This document shows positions 48,996-58,407 of a stretch of DNA of 64,000 nucleotides, in pieces. Where the stretch lies: contig OZ244621.1 of assembly GCA_965218425.1 (NCBI GenBank), positions 256,001 to 320,000 of the forward strand, in the 5' to 3' direction. Below the pieces are notes generated by a model. It was given only the letters and a program-made list of their open reading frames with translations, was not told the DNA's origin and ran no database searches. The translations under genes and the position numbers were made by a program. Every line of letters starts with the position of its first letter. Position 1 is the stretch's first letter. The DNA comes from an uncultured Candidatus Binatia bacterium. Its GTDB lineage: Bacteria > Desulfobacterota > Binatia > UBA9968 > CAXXLF01.

Positions 48996-50054
48996 ATGGC
49001 AAATTTACCGGTTATCGACACCGATGGACATATCCTGGAACGGCAGGCCGACATACGAAAGCATCTCGAAACCCCTTGGAATCGGCGATCGACTCCCCTG
49101 TGGCCCGGCGACGAGGTGTGGGACAACAACCTTTTTGATACTTTCAAATCCCGAAGCTGGCGTAATCTCGATCCGAAGCAGCAGATTGAGACCTGGCATG
49201 AGTTGATGGACAAGGAAGACATGGAAACAGCAATCTGTTTCCCCACGGGCTCTGGAAACGTCGCCAAGCTACAAGAGGTCCCATTTCAAATCGCTGTGGC
49301 AAAGGGCTGCAACAAGCACTTTGCCCAGGAATACAACGCCCGTTCCAACCGGGTGAGCTGCGTCGGCACCCTGCCCATGCGCTCGCCTGATGCAGCCGCC
49401 GAAGAGCTTCACCGTGCGGTAACGGAAGACGGTCTCAAGGGTTTTGAAATCCTTCCCACCGGACTCTCCCTGGCCTTGGGTAACACCTGCTACGACCCCA
49501 TCTATAAAAAGGCGGAAGAGCTGGGGGTCGTACTGGGCGTGCACGGAACCCGTCACTATTCGCGGGAGGTGGGAACTTCAGGTTTGGCTACTTTCTCCGA
49601 GGTGCACGCCTATGGCTTCCCGGCAGCCATCATGATGCAGTTCACAAGCATCGTCTGCCAGGGTCTACCCATCCGATTTCCCAGGTTGAAACTGGCCTTC
49701 CTGGAAATCGGGGCGACATGGCTCCCCTACTACCTGGATCGGCTCGATGAGCATTGGGAGAAGCGCGGAGAATTTGAAATGCCGCTTCTCAAAAAGAAGC
49801 CAAGCGATGTGGTCCGCGAGTCTTCCATATACATCAGCCTGGAGGCCGAGGAGACGCTGCTTCCACAGACCATTGACTATCTGGGAGCTGAACACTTCCT
49901 GTACGCCTCGGACATACCCCACTGGGACAACGGGTTTCCGGAAAACCTACACCTGCTTAGGAGGCATCCAGCGCTTCCGGATACCGTGAAAGAAAAGATT
50001 CTTTACCAGAACGGGAAAAAGCTTTTCGGCCTGGATGCCCATGGGTCCAATTGA
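48996..50054 (+). CDS. Amidohydrolase_2 family protein
   Basis: IDTDGH, GVHG, FLEIG, ASDIPHWD. Confidence 0.92.
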   Translation: MANLPVIDTDGHILERQADIRKHLETPWNRRSTPLWPGDEVWDNNLFDTFKSRSWRNLDPKQQIETWHELMDKEDMETAICFPTGSGNVAKLQEVPFQIAVAKGCNKHFAQEYNARSNRVSCVGTLPMRSPDAAAEELHRAVTEDGLKGFEILPTGLSLALGNTCYDPIYKKAEELGVVLGVHGTRHYSREVGTSGLATFSEVHAYGFPAAIMMQFTSIVCQGLPIRFPRLKLAFLEIGATWLPYYLDRLDEHWEKRGEFEMPLLKKKPSDVVRESSIYISLEAEETLLPQTIDYLGAEHFLYASDIPHWDNGFPENLHLLRRHPALPDTVKEKILYQNGKKLFGLDAHGSN

Positions 50055-50088
50055 GTAAGAAAACGCCAGGCCAATACGGGGGAAAAGG

Positions 50089-50766
50089 ATGAGCGGGCAA
50101 CCAGACGTAGAAAAGATGGCCAAACTCTGGGTAGAAATCGATGCCTTGAGCCAAAGTTTTTACGATCGGGTTTACGCTGTGGCAAAAGAGTTCTGGGCCA
50201 CCAAGCCTTCAGGCGACCGCTTGAACGCCTGGCTTCAGGAGAGGGTTTGGAGCGAACGCGAGGGCGCGAAAATGCATGCCTATGGGGTGGTAAAAATGGC
50301 CGAGGTGCTTGAACCCGGAGATCTGATCTTCCTCTCGCAACAGGCTGCTGACGAGGCACGCCATTTTCAACTGGTGGACGGTTGCCTGCGGGCTCGGGGA
50401 TGGAACATTGACGGCTATCAACCCACGGCGCGGTGGCAATCGATCTTTCAGGAAGACTACGATGCCGCCGACACCCGTGACCCGATTCATCTGTTCTCCA
50501 TATTACATATGGGGGGTGAAGGACCCGCTTCGGCCACAGCCAAAGCTGCCACGGAAGCTTTGAAGGGAACCCCCGATGCGGATATCGCGCGGGCCTATGA
50601 GCAGATCTACCCGGACGAGTCCGGCCACTGGAAGGCCGGTCGTGAAGCCCTCAAAAGATACGCTACGACTCCCGAGGCGCTGGAAAGATCGCGATCCGTC
50701 CTACAAGAAAAAGCCGAACACCTCTTCTCAGGATATAAGCGGCTTGTGGGTGACAAAGGTGCATAG
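50089..50766 (+). CDS. Ferritin-like diiron domain protein
   Basis: E...DEARH and E...DESGH four-helix-bundle ligand pairs. Confidence 0.8.
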   Translation: MSGQPDVEKMAKLWVEIDALSQSFYDRVYAVAKEFWATKPSGDRLNAWLQERVWSEREGAKMHAYGVVKMAEVLEPGDLIFLSQQAADEARHFQLVDGCLRARGWNIDGYQPTARWQSIFQEDYDAADTRDPIHLFSILHMGGEGPASATAKAATEALKGTPDADIARAYEQIYPDESGHWKAGREALKRYATTPEALERSRSVLQEKAEHLFSGYKRLVGDKGA

Positions 50767-50822
50767 CCCCGCCGGAACTCAGGTCCGATCACAGTGAAGC
50801 AACACCCTGAGAGAGTTTCAAC

Positions 50823-51704
50823 CTACGAATTCATTGGACCCGGGTCCTCGTAATGGTTTTGACAGTACCAATCCGAAATCTCCCCTGCGGTAGCAAGCCA
50901 CACTCCCTCGTGGGAACGGATGTACTCCAGCGCCTTGTCGAGGTATTTGATGCGAAAGGCAAGGCCTGTGATATAGGGATGCAACGGTAAAGCCATCACC
51001 CTCCCACCCCCGGCGGCTTCCCTGTACAGGGTGTCAAACTGATCACAAACCATCTGCAGGTACTGCTCCGGCGTATGGTGTTGTCCCACGAAGACGGTTA
51101 TATCGTTGAGACCCTGTTGGTAAGGGATCGAAACCATTCGACCGCTTCTAACGCGCATGGGTATCGGTTGATCGTCCATACCCCAATCGCAGAGGTACTC
51201 GAACCCCTCGGCAGCGAGATGATCCGGAGTATTGAACGACTCTGCAAGTCCCGGTCCAAGCCATCCTTTGGGAGGTTTCCCCACGGCCGCGGCAATTTTT
51301 TCTCTCACCTGACGGATCACCTGCCGCTCCTCCTCGGGAGGATAACTGGTCAAGCGCTGGTTGTTGTTGAAACCGTGACCCAACCATTCCCAGTTCCTCT
51401 TCTTCCCTTCTTCAATGATCGCGGGGTGTCGATCACACACCTCGGCGTTGAGCAGGACGCTGGCCCTGATCCCGTATTTGTCGAATACTTCCATCAGTCG
51501 AAATATCCCAATACGAGACCCGTACTCCCGCACGGTGTAACCCTGGATATCGGGAAGGTGTGAACCACCAGCGCTGGTAAGAACTTTATCGATGTGAAAG
51601 CACTCGATGTTGGGACCCACCCAGAGAGCGATTCTCGCACCCTTTGGCCATTTCAATTCCTTACGCCGAACCACCGGAGAATAATCGTAACGACGGCTTT
51701 CCAT
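50823..51704 (-). CDS. Polysaccharide deacetylase-like (PuuE allantoinase-like) protein
   Basis: WPKGARIA, EYGSRIGIFR, GWLGP, DDQP, LHPYITG. Confidence 0.88.
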   Translation of the reverse strand: MESRRYDYSPVVRRKELKWPKGARIALWVGPNIECFHIDKVLTSAGGSHLPDIQGYTVREYGSRIGIFRLMEVFDKYGIRASVLLNAEVCDRHPAIIEEGKKRNWEWLGHGFNNNQRLTSYPPEEERQVIRQVREKIAAAVGKPPKGWLGPGLAESFNTPDHLAAEGFEYLCDWGMDDQPIPMRVRSGRMVSIPYQQGLNDITVFVGQHHTPEQYLQMVCDQFDTLYREAAGGGRVMALPLHPYITGLAFRIKYLDKALEYIRSHEGVWLATAGEISDWYCQNHYEDPGPMNS

Positions 51705-51781
51705 ATTGTGAGCTCCTTTCTCTATGGGGAGACCTGCCTTGATCTGACGGCCCCTCAGTCAGACGCCGTGGGACGTGAAAT

Positions 51782-52405
51782 TTAGATATAGCCCCTTTCC
51801 CTTTGAATGGCCTGAACGGACGGACGCTCCTTCATCCGATCCATCCACCTTGCAAGCCGTGGCAAGGAAGGAGCCGGCACGGCACCGTAGCATTCAAGGG
51901 AAAGAAAGCGCGTAGTCAGGTCAATGTCGGCAAGGCTCAATTCCCCCAGAAAGTAATCTTTTCCCTCCAGCTCTTGATCCAGGTACCGAAGAAGTTCTCT
52001 CAGAACCTCACGGGATTTCTCCACGAGGGCAAGGTCGGGGTTTCCTCCCTCTTTCAACATCTCGTCACGCAGCGACCGAAAGGCAACATGAGTGAAATAC
52101 AAACCATAGTCCACCAGGTTGCGCATGCGGCCCCGTCCACGGGGATCCTTGGGCATGAGAGGAGGACGGGGATATTTCTCTTCCAGGTACTCGTTGATGA
52201 CGCAGGACTCAAAAAGCACAGTCCCGCCATCGTCTATAACTGGAACTTTCCCGTATGGGTTGAGCTTTAAGAACTCGGGCCTTTTTTGATCTTTCTTTCT
52301 TAAATCGAGTGGCACGATTTCGTAGGCAAGTCCCTTTTCCTGCAACGCGATTTTGACTCGCTCGCAGTTGGCGGACCGAAAAGAGGCATAGAGTTTAATG
52401 GCCAT
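51782..52405 (-). CDS. Glutathione S-transferase
   Basis: NPYGKVP, FESCVINEYL, SLADI. Confidence 0.92.
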   Translation of the reverse strand: MAIKLYASFRSANCERVKIALQEKGLAYEIVPLDLRKKDQKRPEFLKLNPYGKVPVIDDGGTVLFESCVINEYLEEKYPRPPLMPKDPRGRGRMRNLVDYGLYFTHVAFRSLRDEMLKEGGNPDLALVEKSREVLRELLRYLDQELEGKDYFLGELSLADIDLTTRFLSLECYGAVPAPSLPRLARWMDRMKERPSVQAIQRERGYI

Positions 52406-52467
52406 GACCTTCCTCCGCTGTTAACAGGCGCCCTCCTGATGCCATAGACGAACGTGGAACGGAAGGT

Positions 52468-52497
52468 AGTCTAGTCCCGGGGTATAAAAGTTGTCAA
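52468..52497 (-). promoter_or_regulatory. Sigma70-type promoter for GST
   Basis: Minus strand TTGACA-18 nt-TAGACT. Confidence 0.55.
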
Positions 52498-52500
52498 CTT

Positions 52501-52706
52501 AGCCTATGCGCTTTTGCAGGAGCCGCTATCCCTTCGCTTCAGTGGCCCCTCGGCGGGAAGCCTTAGCCGCTCGCTTCGGGCAGCCTCGAAACTCGCCGCG
52601 CTCAAACAGTCGATGTCGCTTTTCCTCAGCTTCGCAGAGGCTTCCAACGCCTCAGGACCAATCTTTCGCTCAGGCACGCCGGCTCCCGTTGCATCCGCGA
52701 TGGGCT
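52501..52706. repeat. ~200-bp imperfect palindromic (MITE/REP-like) element
   Basis: Nested arms AGCCTAT/ATGGGCT, GGAGCCG/CGGCTCC, GGAAGCCT/AGGCTTCC, TCGA/TCGA around AACTCGCCGCGCTCAAACAG. Confidence 0.65.
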
Positions 52707-52727
52707 GAGGGGGTTTGCCTAGCGAAA

Positions 52728-52900
52728 GATGGACGTAGCAGCGGGACTTGGCCTGAAGAAAGGGAAACGTCCGATACTGCAGGTTCAAGCCACATGGGCA
52801 TGCCAGATCAAATGACGGAGCCTCGAGGCAGAGACCCATCGGCTCCCGCTGAAGGGCGAGCCCCCGAGCCCCTATTGTTCCAAGCGCAAGAGGAAAAGCT
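52728..52900 (+). ncRNA. Structured non-coding segment resembling an IS110-family non-coding end, without a recombinase
   Basis: GGACGT/ACGTCC stem with an internal loop, GCCAGATCAAA, GCCTCGAGGC palindrome, GGCTC/GAGCC hairpin; the family resemblance is from memory only. Confidence 0.35.
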
Positions 52901-52901
52901 T

Positions 52902-53531
52902 CTATTGAAAGCTCTGCCAGTTGAGGTAGGATTTTTCAGCGTAGAGTTTATCCACCTCCAAGGGGAATGATACGCCGCGACCTGTCAAATAATGGGCAAC
53001 GGGTTTCAGAGGTAAACCCACTGCCGTCAGGTAATCCCCATGGATGGATTCGATCAGCGCGCGGCCCTTTCCCTGAATGGAATACCCCCCCGCCTTATCG
53101 AGGGATTCGCCGCAGGACAGATAGTTCTTAATCTCTTTGTCCGAATAGCCGCGCATGACCACGGAGACTTCCTCTACAGTCTTCAGTCCGGGTCCGCCTA
53201 AACCATCGAGGATGGCGACACTGGTGAGGACCTGGTGAGTCTTCCCCGAAAGTGTGCGGAGGATCGCTTTAGCATCGACCATCCCGGCGGGTTTACCAAT
53301 TTTTTCCCCGTCAATGAGAATCATGGTATCGCTGCCGATAATGATACTGTTGGAACGGTTTCGAGCCACGGACTCCGCCTTTCCAAGGGCGAAGTCCAGC
53401 ACTTCCTCATGAAGTGGACGATGATCCAGGATCGATTCGTCAAATTCGGGGGAGATCACTTCAAATGGCAGTCCCAACAGGGAGAGGATCTCACGGCGAC
53501 GCGGAGAGGTGGAGGCAAGGATCAGTCTCAT
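52902..53531 (-). CDS. maf: Maf-family nucleoside triphosphate pyrophosphatase
   Basis: LILASTSPRR, KAESV, GSDT, GKP, LSGKTH, DKAGGYSIQG. Confidence 0.93.
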   Translation of the reverse strand: MRLILASTSPRRREILSLLGLPFEVISPEFDESILDHRPLHEEVLDFALGKAESVARNRSNSIIIGSDTMILIDGEKIGKPAGMVDAKAILRTLSGKTHQVLTSVAILDGLGGPGLKTVEEVSVVMRGYSDKEIKNYLSCGESLDKAGGYSIQGKGRALIESIHGDYLTAVGLPLKPVAHYLTGRGVSFPLEVDKLYAEKSYLNWQSFQ

Positions 53532-53576
53532 AAATTCAATGTCCGACGGATGAAGGCCGGCCACCCTACGGTTTCC

Positions 53577-54719
53577 CTAACTGAGGGAGGCGTGATCTGA
53601 CGGCTCTAGCCTTGAAGACAAGTTTGACACGTAATTTCTTAGACAATCCACCACCTCACTCACGCTGTTGGTGCGGACCATTTGCCCTCGAAGTTCGGCG
53701 GCCCCCGGGATACCCTTGCAATACCATGCCAAATGTTTTCGCATGCCCACAAAAGTTGGGCTCCCAGAGTGATTCTGAAAATAGTGGCAATGTTCGAGGA
53801 TGACCCGGATACGATCCTCCAAAGTTACCTGTGGAGGTGAACATACCGGGCCTCCATCATGGCGCAAGGCCTCCTTCACCTCGTCCTTCGTTCTAAAAAT
53901 CCAGGGATTTCCCTGGGTGGCACGCCCAAGGAGGACCCCGTCCACTCGTGTTTCACCCACACGACGGTAGACATCATCCATGCATTTCAAGTCCCCATTG
54001 CCAAGGATGAGGGTCTCGGAATTCTCCGCGCATTCAACGGCTCGTGCCATGGCCTCCCAATCCGCGTTTCCCCGGTACATCTGCTTTAGGGTGCGGCCGT
54101 GGAGCGAAATGGCCGAAGGCTGTTCTTCCAGTAGGGTCCGAACCCAATCCTCCACGACGATTTTGTCATAGCCCAGGCGAGTCTTCACCGATAGCGGCAT
54201 GGGACGTCGATGGGGAAGTCTATCCGTTGCAGTCCTGAGCCGATTGGACGTCTCGACACGTTCAATCAACTCCGGGCTCGACTTGAGATTAGCCAACGTC
54301 TGTCCTTCGAACCAGTGTTGAATACCCAGACGCGCCGACTGGATGATGGATCGGGCCAGGGGTGGGTTCTGAATAAGCGCAGCCCCACCCCCTTTGCCCA
54401 CTACTTTTTTCGCCGGGCACCCCATATTAATATCCAAGCCATCGAACCCGAGCTCACATACCACATGGGCGACCTTGTAGAACAACTCGGGGGTATGACC
54501 GTAAATCTGGGCAACCACCGGACGCTCCATCTCGGAATAGGTCAGATCCCTGACAAGGTTGTGCGGTGCGTACAAAAAGGTCTCAATGTTCACAAACTCG
54601 GTAATCGTTATATCGGGTCCACCGTGCTTGGCCGTGATAAATCGAAACGAGGCATCGGATACGCCATCCATGGGTGAAAGACCGATAATGGGCTTCTCAA
54701 TGTTCTGCCAGAAATTCAT
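53577..54719 (-). CDS. tRNA-dihydrouridine synthase (DusB-like)
   Basis: SPMDGV, DINMGCP, SVKTRLG, HGRT, GNGD, RKHLAWY. Confidence 0.93.
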   Translation of the reverse strand: MNFWQNIEKPIIGLSPMDGVSDASFRFITAKHGGPDITITEFVNIETFLYAPHNLVRDLTYSEMERPVVAQIYGHTPELFYKVAHVVCELGFDGLDINMGCPAKKVVGKGGGAALIQNPPLARSIIQSARLGIQHWFEGQTLANLKSSPELIERVETSNRLRTATDRLPHRRPMPLSVKTRLGYDKIVVEDWVRTLLEEQPSAISLHGRTLKQMYRGNADWEAMARAVECAENSETLILGNGDLKCMDDVYRRVGETRVDGVLLGRATQGNPWIFRTKDEVKEALRHDGGPVCSPPQVTLEDRIRVILEHCHYFQNHSGSPTFVGMRKHLAWYCKGIPGAAELRGQMVRTNSVSEVVDCLRNYVSNLSSRLEPSDHASLS

Positions 54720-54860
54720 TGTTCGTGAAATTAGGATAACAAACCCCTAAACGGGGAACAACCACTGGATTGGAGGGCAGGAATAAAGTATAAATTATAA
54801 CAATGAGTTAGGCATTGATGGAATGAAATAGACGAAGAAAAATCTCGCGGAGATAGTGGA

Positions 54861-55457
54861 ATGTTAAGACGGCAAAATTCATGCTTCAAGGCAACTTTCA
54901 TGACGGCATTGGTGGTGACTACCGCCTTTACTGTGGGCCGGGCAGCCAGGGCCCAGGAAATGGCAGAAACCCCAAAGGTCATATTTTCAACGACTCAGGG
55001 AAGCTTCATGATTGAGTTCTACTCCGACAAGGCGCCCATCACGGTCAAAAACTTCCTCGCTTACGTGGACGCAGGTTATTTTGATGGTACAATTTTCCAC
55101 CGCGTAATCCCCGGGTTCATGATCCAGGGCGGGGGGTTCACAGAGGAGATGAAACGAAAAAAAACCAATCCTCCCATAAAAAACGAAGCCGATAACGGCC
55201 TCATGAACAAGCGCGGCACTCTCTCCATGGCCCGCACACGGAATGTGGACAGCGCCACCTCACAATTCTTCGTGAACCTGAAGCACAACGCGTTCTTGGA
55301 TCATGGAAGGCGGGACTCCGGTTACGCTGTGTTTGCCAGAGTGATTGCAGGGATGGAGGTGGTGGATAAAATCGCAGCGGTGACCACCGGGAACAAGGGG
55401 CTCTACCAGAACGTGCCCAAGACCCCTGTGGTCATCAAGTCAGCCCGGCGCAATTAG
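54861..55457 (+). CDS. Cyclophilin-type peptidyl-prolyl isomerase with a signal peptide
   Basis: [29 protein letters not shown]. Confidence 0.95.
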   Translation: MLRRQNSCFKATFMTALVVTTAFTVGRAARAQEMAETPKVIFSTTQGSFMIEFYSDKAPITVKNFLAYVDAGYFDGTIFHRVIPGFMIQGGGFTEEMKRKKTNPPIKNEADNGLMNKRGTLSMARTRNVDSATSQFFVNLKHNAFLDHGRRDSGYAVFARVIAGMEVVDKIAAVTTGNKGLYQNVPKTPVVIKSARRN

Positions 55458-55479
55458 GACTACGCCCGGTACTTATTTT

Positions 55480-55974
55480 TTAAGGTGCAACGCTTCCAGG
55501 TTTCTGAGGGGCTCCGTCCAATTCATCTTCGATGGACCAATACCAACTGAAAGGTAGGGGCACCGACTTCTTGTATTCCTCCTGCGGCACATTGCAGTAG
55601 ACCTCCAGCTCATTACCGTCAGGATCAAAAAAGTAGACGCTCATGGTGGCGCCGTGAAATACGGTCTGATGAATTTTTACGCCCTTTTCCTTGAATATTC
55701 TGTAGGCCTCCTGAAGGGCCGCGAAGGAGGACAATTCATAGGCCACATGCATCATGCCCATCTGTTTGTCGGGCTGGGGTAAGGGGGACTCTTCCTTGGC
55801 CTGAGCAATGGCAAGCATATGATGGTTGTCATCAAAGTTTGAACTAAAAAAGAGCATTCTCCCGTTGTCGCAGGTCAGTTTCAGACCCAGGATCTCGGTA
55901 AAAAAACGCTTGGAGCGTTCAAGATCCTTTACCCTCAATACCAGGTGACCGGTTCTTTTAATCTCAACAGGCAT
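55480..55974 (-). CDS. VOC-family protein
   Basis: GHLVLRV, HHML, MHVAY, YFFDPDGNELE. Confidence 0.88.
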   Translation of the reverse strand: MPVEIKRTGHLVLRVKDLERSKRFFTEILGLKLTCDNGRMLFFSSNFDDNHHMLAIAQAKEESPLPQPDKQMGMMHVAYELSSFAALQEAYRIFKEKGVKIHQTVFHGATMSVYFFDPDGNELEVYCNVPQEEYKKSVPLPFSWYWSIEDELDGAPQKPGSVAP

Positions 55975-56028
55975 GGCTACCTCCTTTAATTAGAAAAACA
56001 TGGCGGACCTGTTACTTCGTGACCCGCG

Positions 56029-56058
56029 AGTTTAATCCGGCGGCACAATCGTTGTCAA
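56029..56058 (-). promoter_or_regulatory. Sigma70-type promoter
   Basis: Minus strand TTGACA-18 nt-TAAACT. Confidence 0.5.
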
Positions 56059-56090
56059 TTCACTGAATATGAGCACCAAATCTTTCCGGT

Positions 56091-56600
56091 TCAGCTGCCG
56101 GATCGAGGATAGTCCACAAGGACCTTTGGAATTTTTCTATTGAAGCGGAAGAGAAGTAGGACCACCGCATAGCCATGCTCAATCCCCGCAACCTTGCCCA
56201 CGCCCTTAGCATAGAAGGCGTAGCGAAAATCGTCGACCGTTACAGGGCCGGCAAATACCTTGAAATCGTTACGAAATAGCACTGTGTCGGAGACACCCGC
56301 TGGAGTGGTTGCTTTATAAGCTCCCACATAGGTATAGGTCTCTTCCATTCTCAGGGTTTTGTACTCGGTCTCTGGATCATTTATTTTGAAGACATGCACC
56401 ATGCTCTTCGTTTTTTTGCTCTCCCCTGGCTTGAGGGCCGCGCTCATGAGATGCCCTGTGGGGGTGCATTGAACCAGGTATCCATGCTCATGGTCGGTCT
56501 CGCTCGATAAATAGATCCTTTGATCTGTTACACTGAACAGGTCATCCTATTTGTCCCGACTTCGTTTCCAGATTGCTCCCTGCGCGTTTTTTGGTATTTG
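56091..56600 (-). pseudogene. C-terminal remnant of a hypothetical beta-rich protein
   Basis: TTPAG...FYAKGVGKV; frame continues upstream to an in-frame TAG with no evident start. Confidence 0.4.
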
Positions 56601-56652
56601 AGTTACGGCTTCGGTGATGAATTGGCCCTTTTGTTTCCCAGACGGGGTACAG

Positions 56653-57510
56653 TCATACTGTAATCACTAAGATAGACCCCACCACCGTACAAACAGCCCC
56701 CGCCATCACCCGCAAGGTGATGGCTTCCAGGTCTCTGAGAAAAATAGTGGACAGAAAGATGGAGATGACGGGATTCACGCTGATCAGAGGCTCCACAATC
56801 ACTACCTTTCCCGAGCTCAAAGCATAGAAAACCGACAACATCGCAGCCGTGTTGGAAAGCCCTGACGCAAAAAACCATCCGAAGGACCGCCGTGACAGTA
56901 AGATTGCCTGGCGACCGCCCTGTGCCTTGATCACAGTAAGAACAAAGAGAAGCGCAGTGGTGGCAGTGACGGCGGCTGCCATGAGGGGGATATCTTCCGC
57001 CAGTAATCCAAGCTTTCTAAGATTGCTAGATATGGCAAAAGAAAAGGAAGCCATGATTGGATAAATAAGATCGATTTTCCGCCATTGGGATTGCCTGGAT
57101 CCTTTTTGGGACAGGATCACCACACCTAAAATGACCAGTGACGTGCCCATCACATTCTGGAGAGTCCATGTCTCCCCCATGATGAGCACCGCCAGAATAG
57201 AAGCAAACATGGGAGATGAGTTGGAGATGGGCACGGAACGGGCCAGGCCCACTTTTTCAATGCCTATAAAGTTGAACGTCCGGCCGAGGCCGGGCGCAAA
57301 TATCCCGCTCAAGACAAAGTACCAGATAGCGGACGTCCAGAAGCTAGATAGCGGGATAAAGAAAGGCACTAGGACCCACAGGGTGATGGCGGAAATGCTA
57401 ATGGAAAACAGGGAACCAGTCATGGCGTTTGACATCACCAGTCCGCGGCGGTTCATAACATGACTAAATGAAAAACAAGAAGCCGCCAGGATGGAAATGT
57501 AAACGGTCAT
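56653..57510 (-). CDS. EamA/DMT family transporter
   Basis: GIFAPGLGR, GLARSVP, VEPLISVNP; ATGA overlap with the upstream paralog. Confidence 0.9.
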   Translation of the reverse strand: MTVYISILAASCFSFSHVMNRRGLVMSNAMTGSLFSISISAITLWVLVPFFIPLSSFWTSAIWYFVLSGIFAPGLGRTFNFIGIEKVGLARSVPISNSSPMFASILAVLIMGETWTLQNVMGTSLVILGVVILSQKGSRQSQWRKIDLIYPIMASFSFAISSNLRKLGLLAEDIPLMAAAVTATTALLFVLTVIKAQGGRQAILLSRRSFGWFFASGLSNTAAMLSVFYALSSGKVVIVEPLISVNPVISIFLSTIFLRDLEAITLRVMAGAVCTVVGSILVITV

Positions 57511-58365
57511 ACGGTAACCACCAGGATTGATCCTACCACGGTGCATCCTGCACCCAGAATAACACGGGGGGTTATGGACTCCAGGTCTTTCAAGAAAAGG
57601 GTGGTGAGAATAAGGCTAAGGACTGGACTGGCATTGACCAGTGGATCCACAACGACGATTTTGCCAAGCCCCAAAGCATAAAACACGGACAACATAGCTG
57701 TGGTGTGAGCGATCCCCGCCACTACAAACCAACCGAAGGAGCGCCGTGATAACTCAAATGTTTTCCAGCCCCCCCTGTGCCTGCTGAAAGATCAGGGTAA
57801 AGACAAAGGCCGTAGTTGCAGACACCGTGGCCGCCATGAGCGGGATGTTTGCTAGAACCAGGCCAAGCTTGCGCAGATTGGAAGATAGGGCAAAGGAGAC
57901 AGCCGCCAGGGCTGGATAGACAAGGTCTATCTTGCGCCATTGTGATGTTGCAGTCTGAGTGCGTGAAAGGATCACGACACCGAGAATGACAAGGGATGTA
58001 CCCAGTATATTTTGTAGCGGCCAAGTCTCTCCCACCACGAGGACGGCCAGGATGGAAGAAAACATTGGGGCAGTGTTGGTGATGGGTACGGCTCGTGCTA
58101 CGCCTACACGCTCGATGGCCTTGAAGGTCATGAACCGGCCCACAGCGGGGGCAAAGATGCCCCCTGCGATAAAGTACCAGACGGCAGGCGTACGAAAACT
58201 CAATAGCGGCACAAATATCGGGGTCACCAGCCACAACAGCACCGCAGAGATAATGATGGAGACCATGGTGCCGGTGGCGGCGTTGGATACCACCAAACCC
58301 CGGCGGATCACGATATGCGACAGGGCGAAGAGGAAGGCCCCCTGGATGGCAAAGTAAACGCTCAT
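57507..58365 (-). pseudogene. EamA/DMT transporter paralog, frameshift in a G7 run (57769-57775)
   Basis: G6 restores AQGGWKTFELSRRSFGWF, matching the paralog AQGGRQAILLSRRSFGWF. Confidence 0.85.
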
Positions 58366-58407
58366 CTACAGATAGCCGTCTAAGGGGTCGTGGCTCCCGT
58401 GGGCGTT

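Noticed and set aside
52711..52840. 6S RNA
   Set aside because: Only one GGTTCAAG half-motif, the paired span is short for 6S, and the usual zapA/ygfA context is absent.
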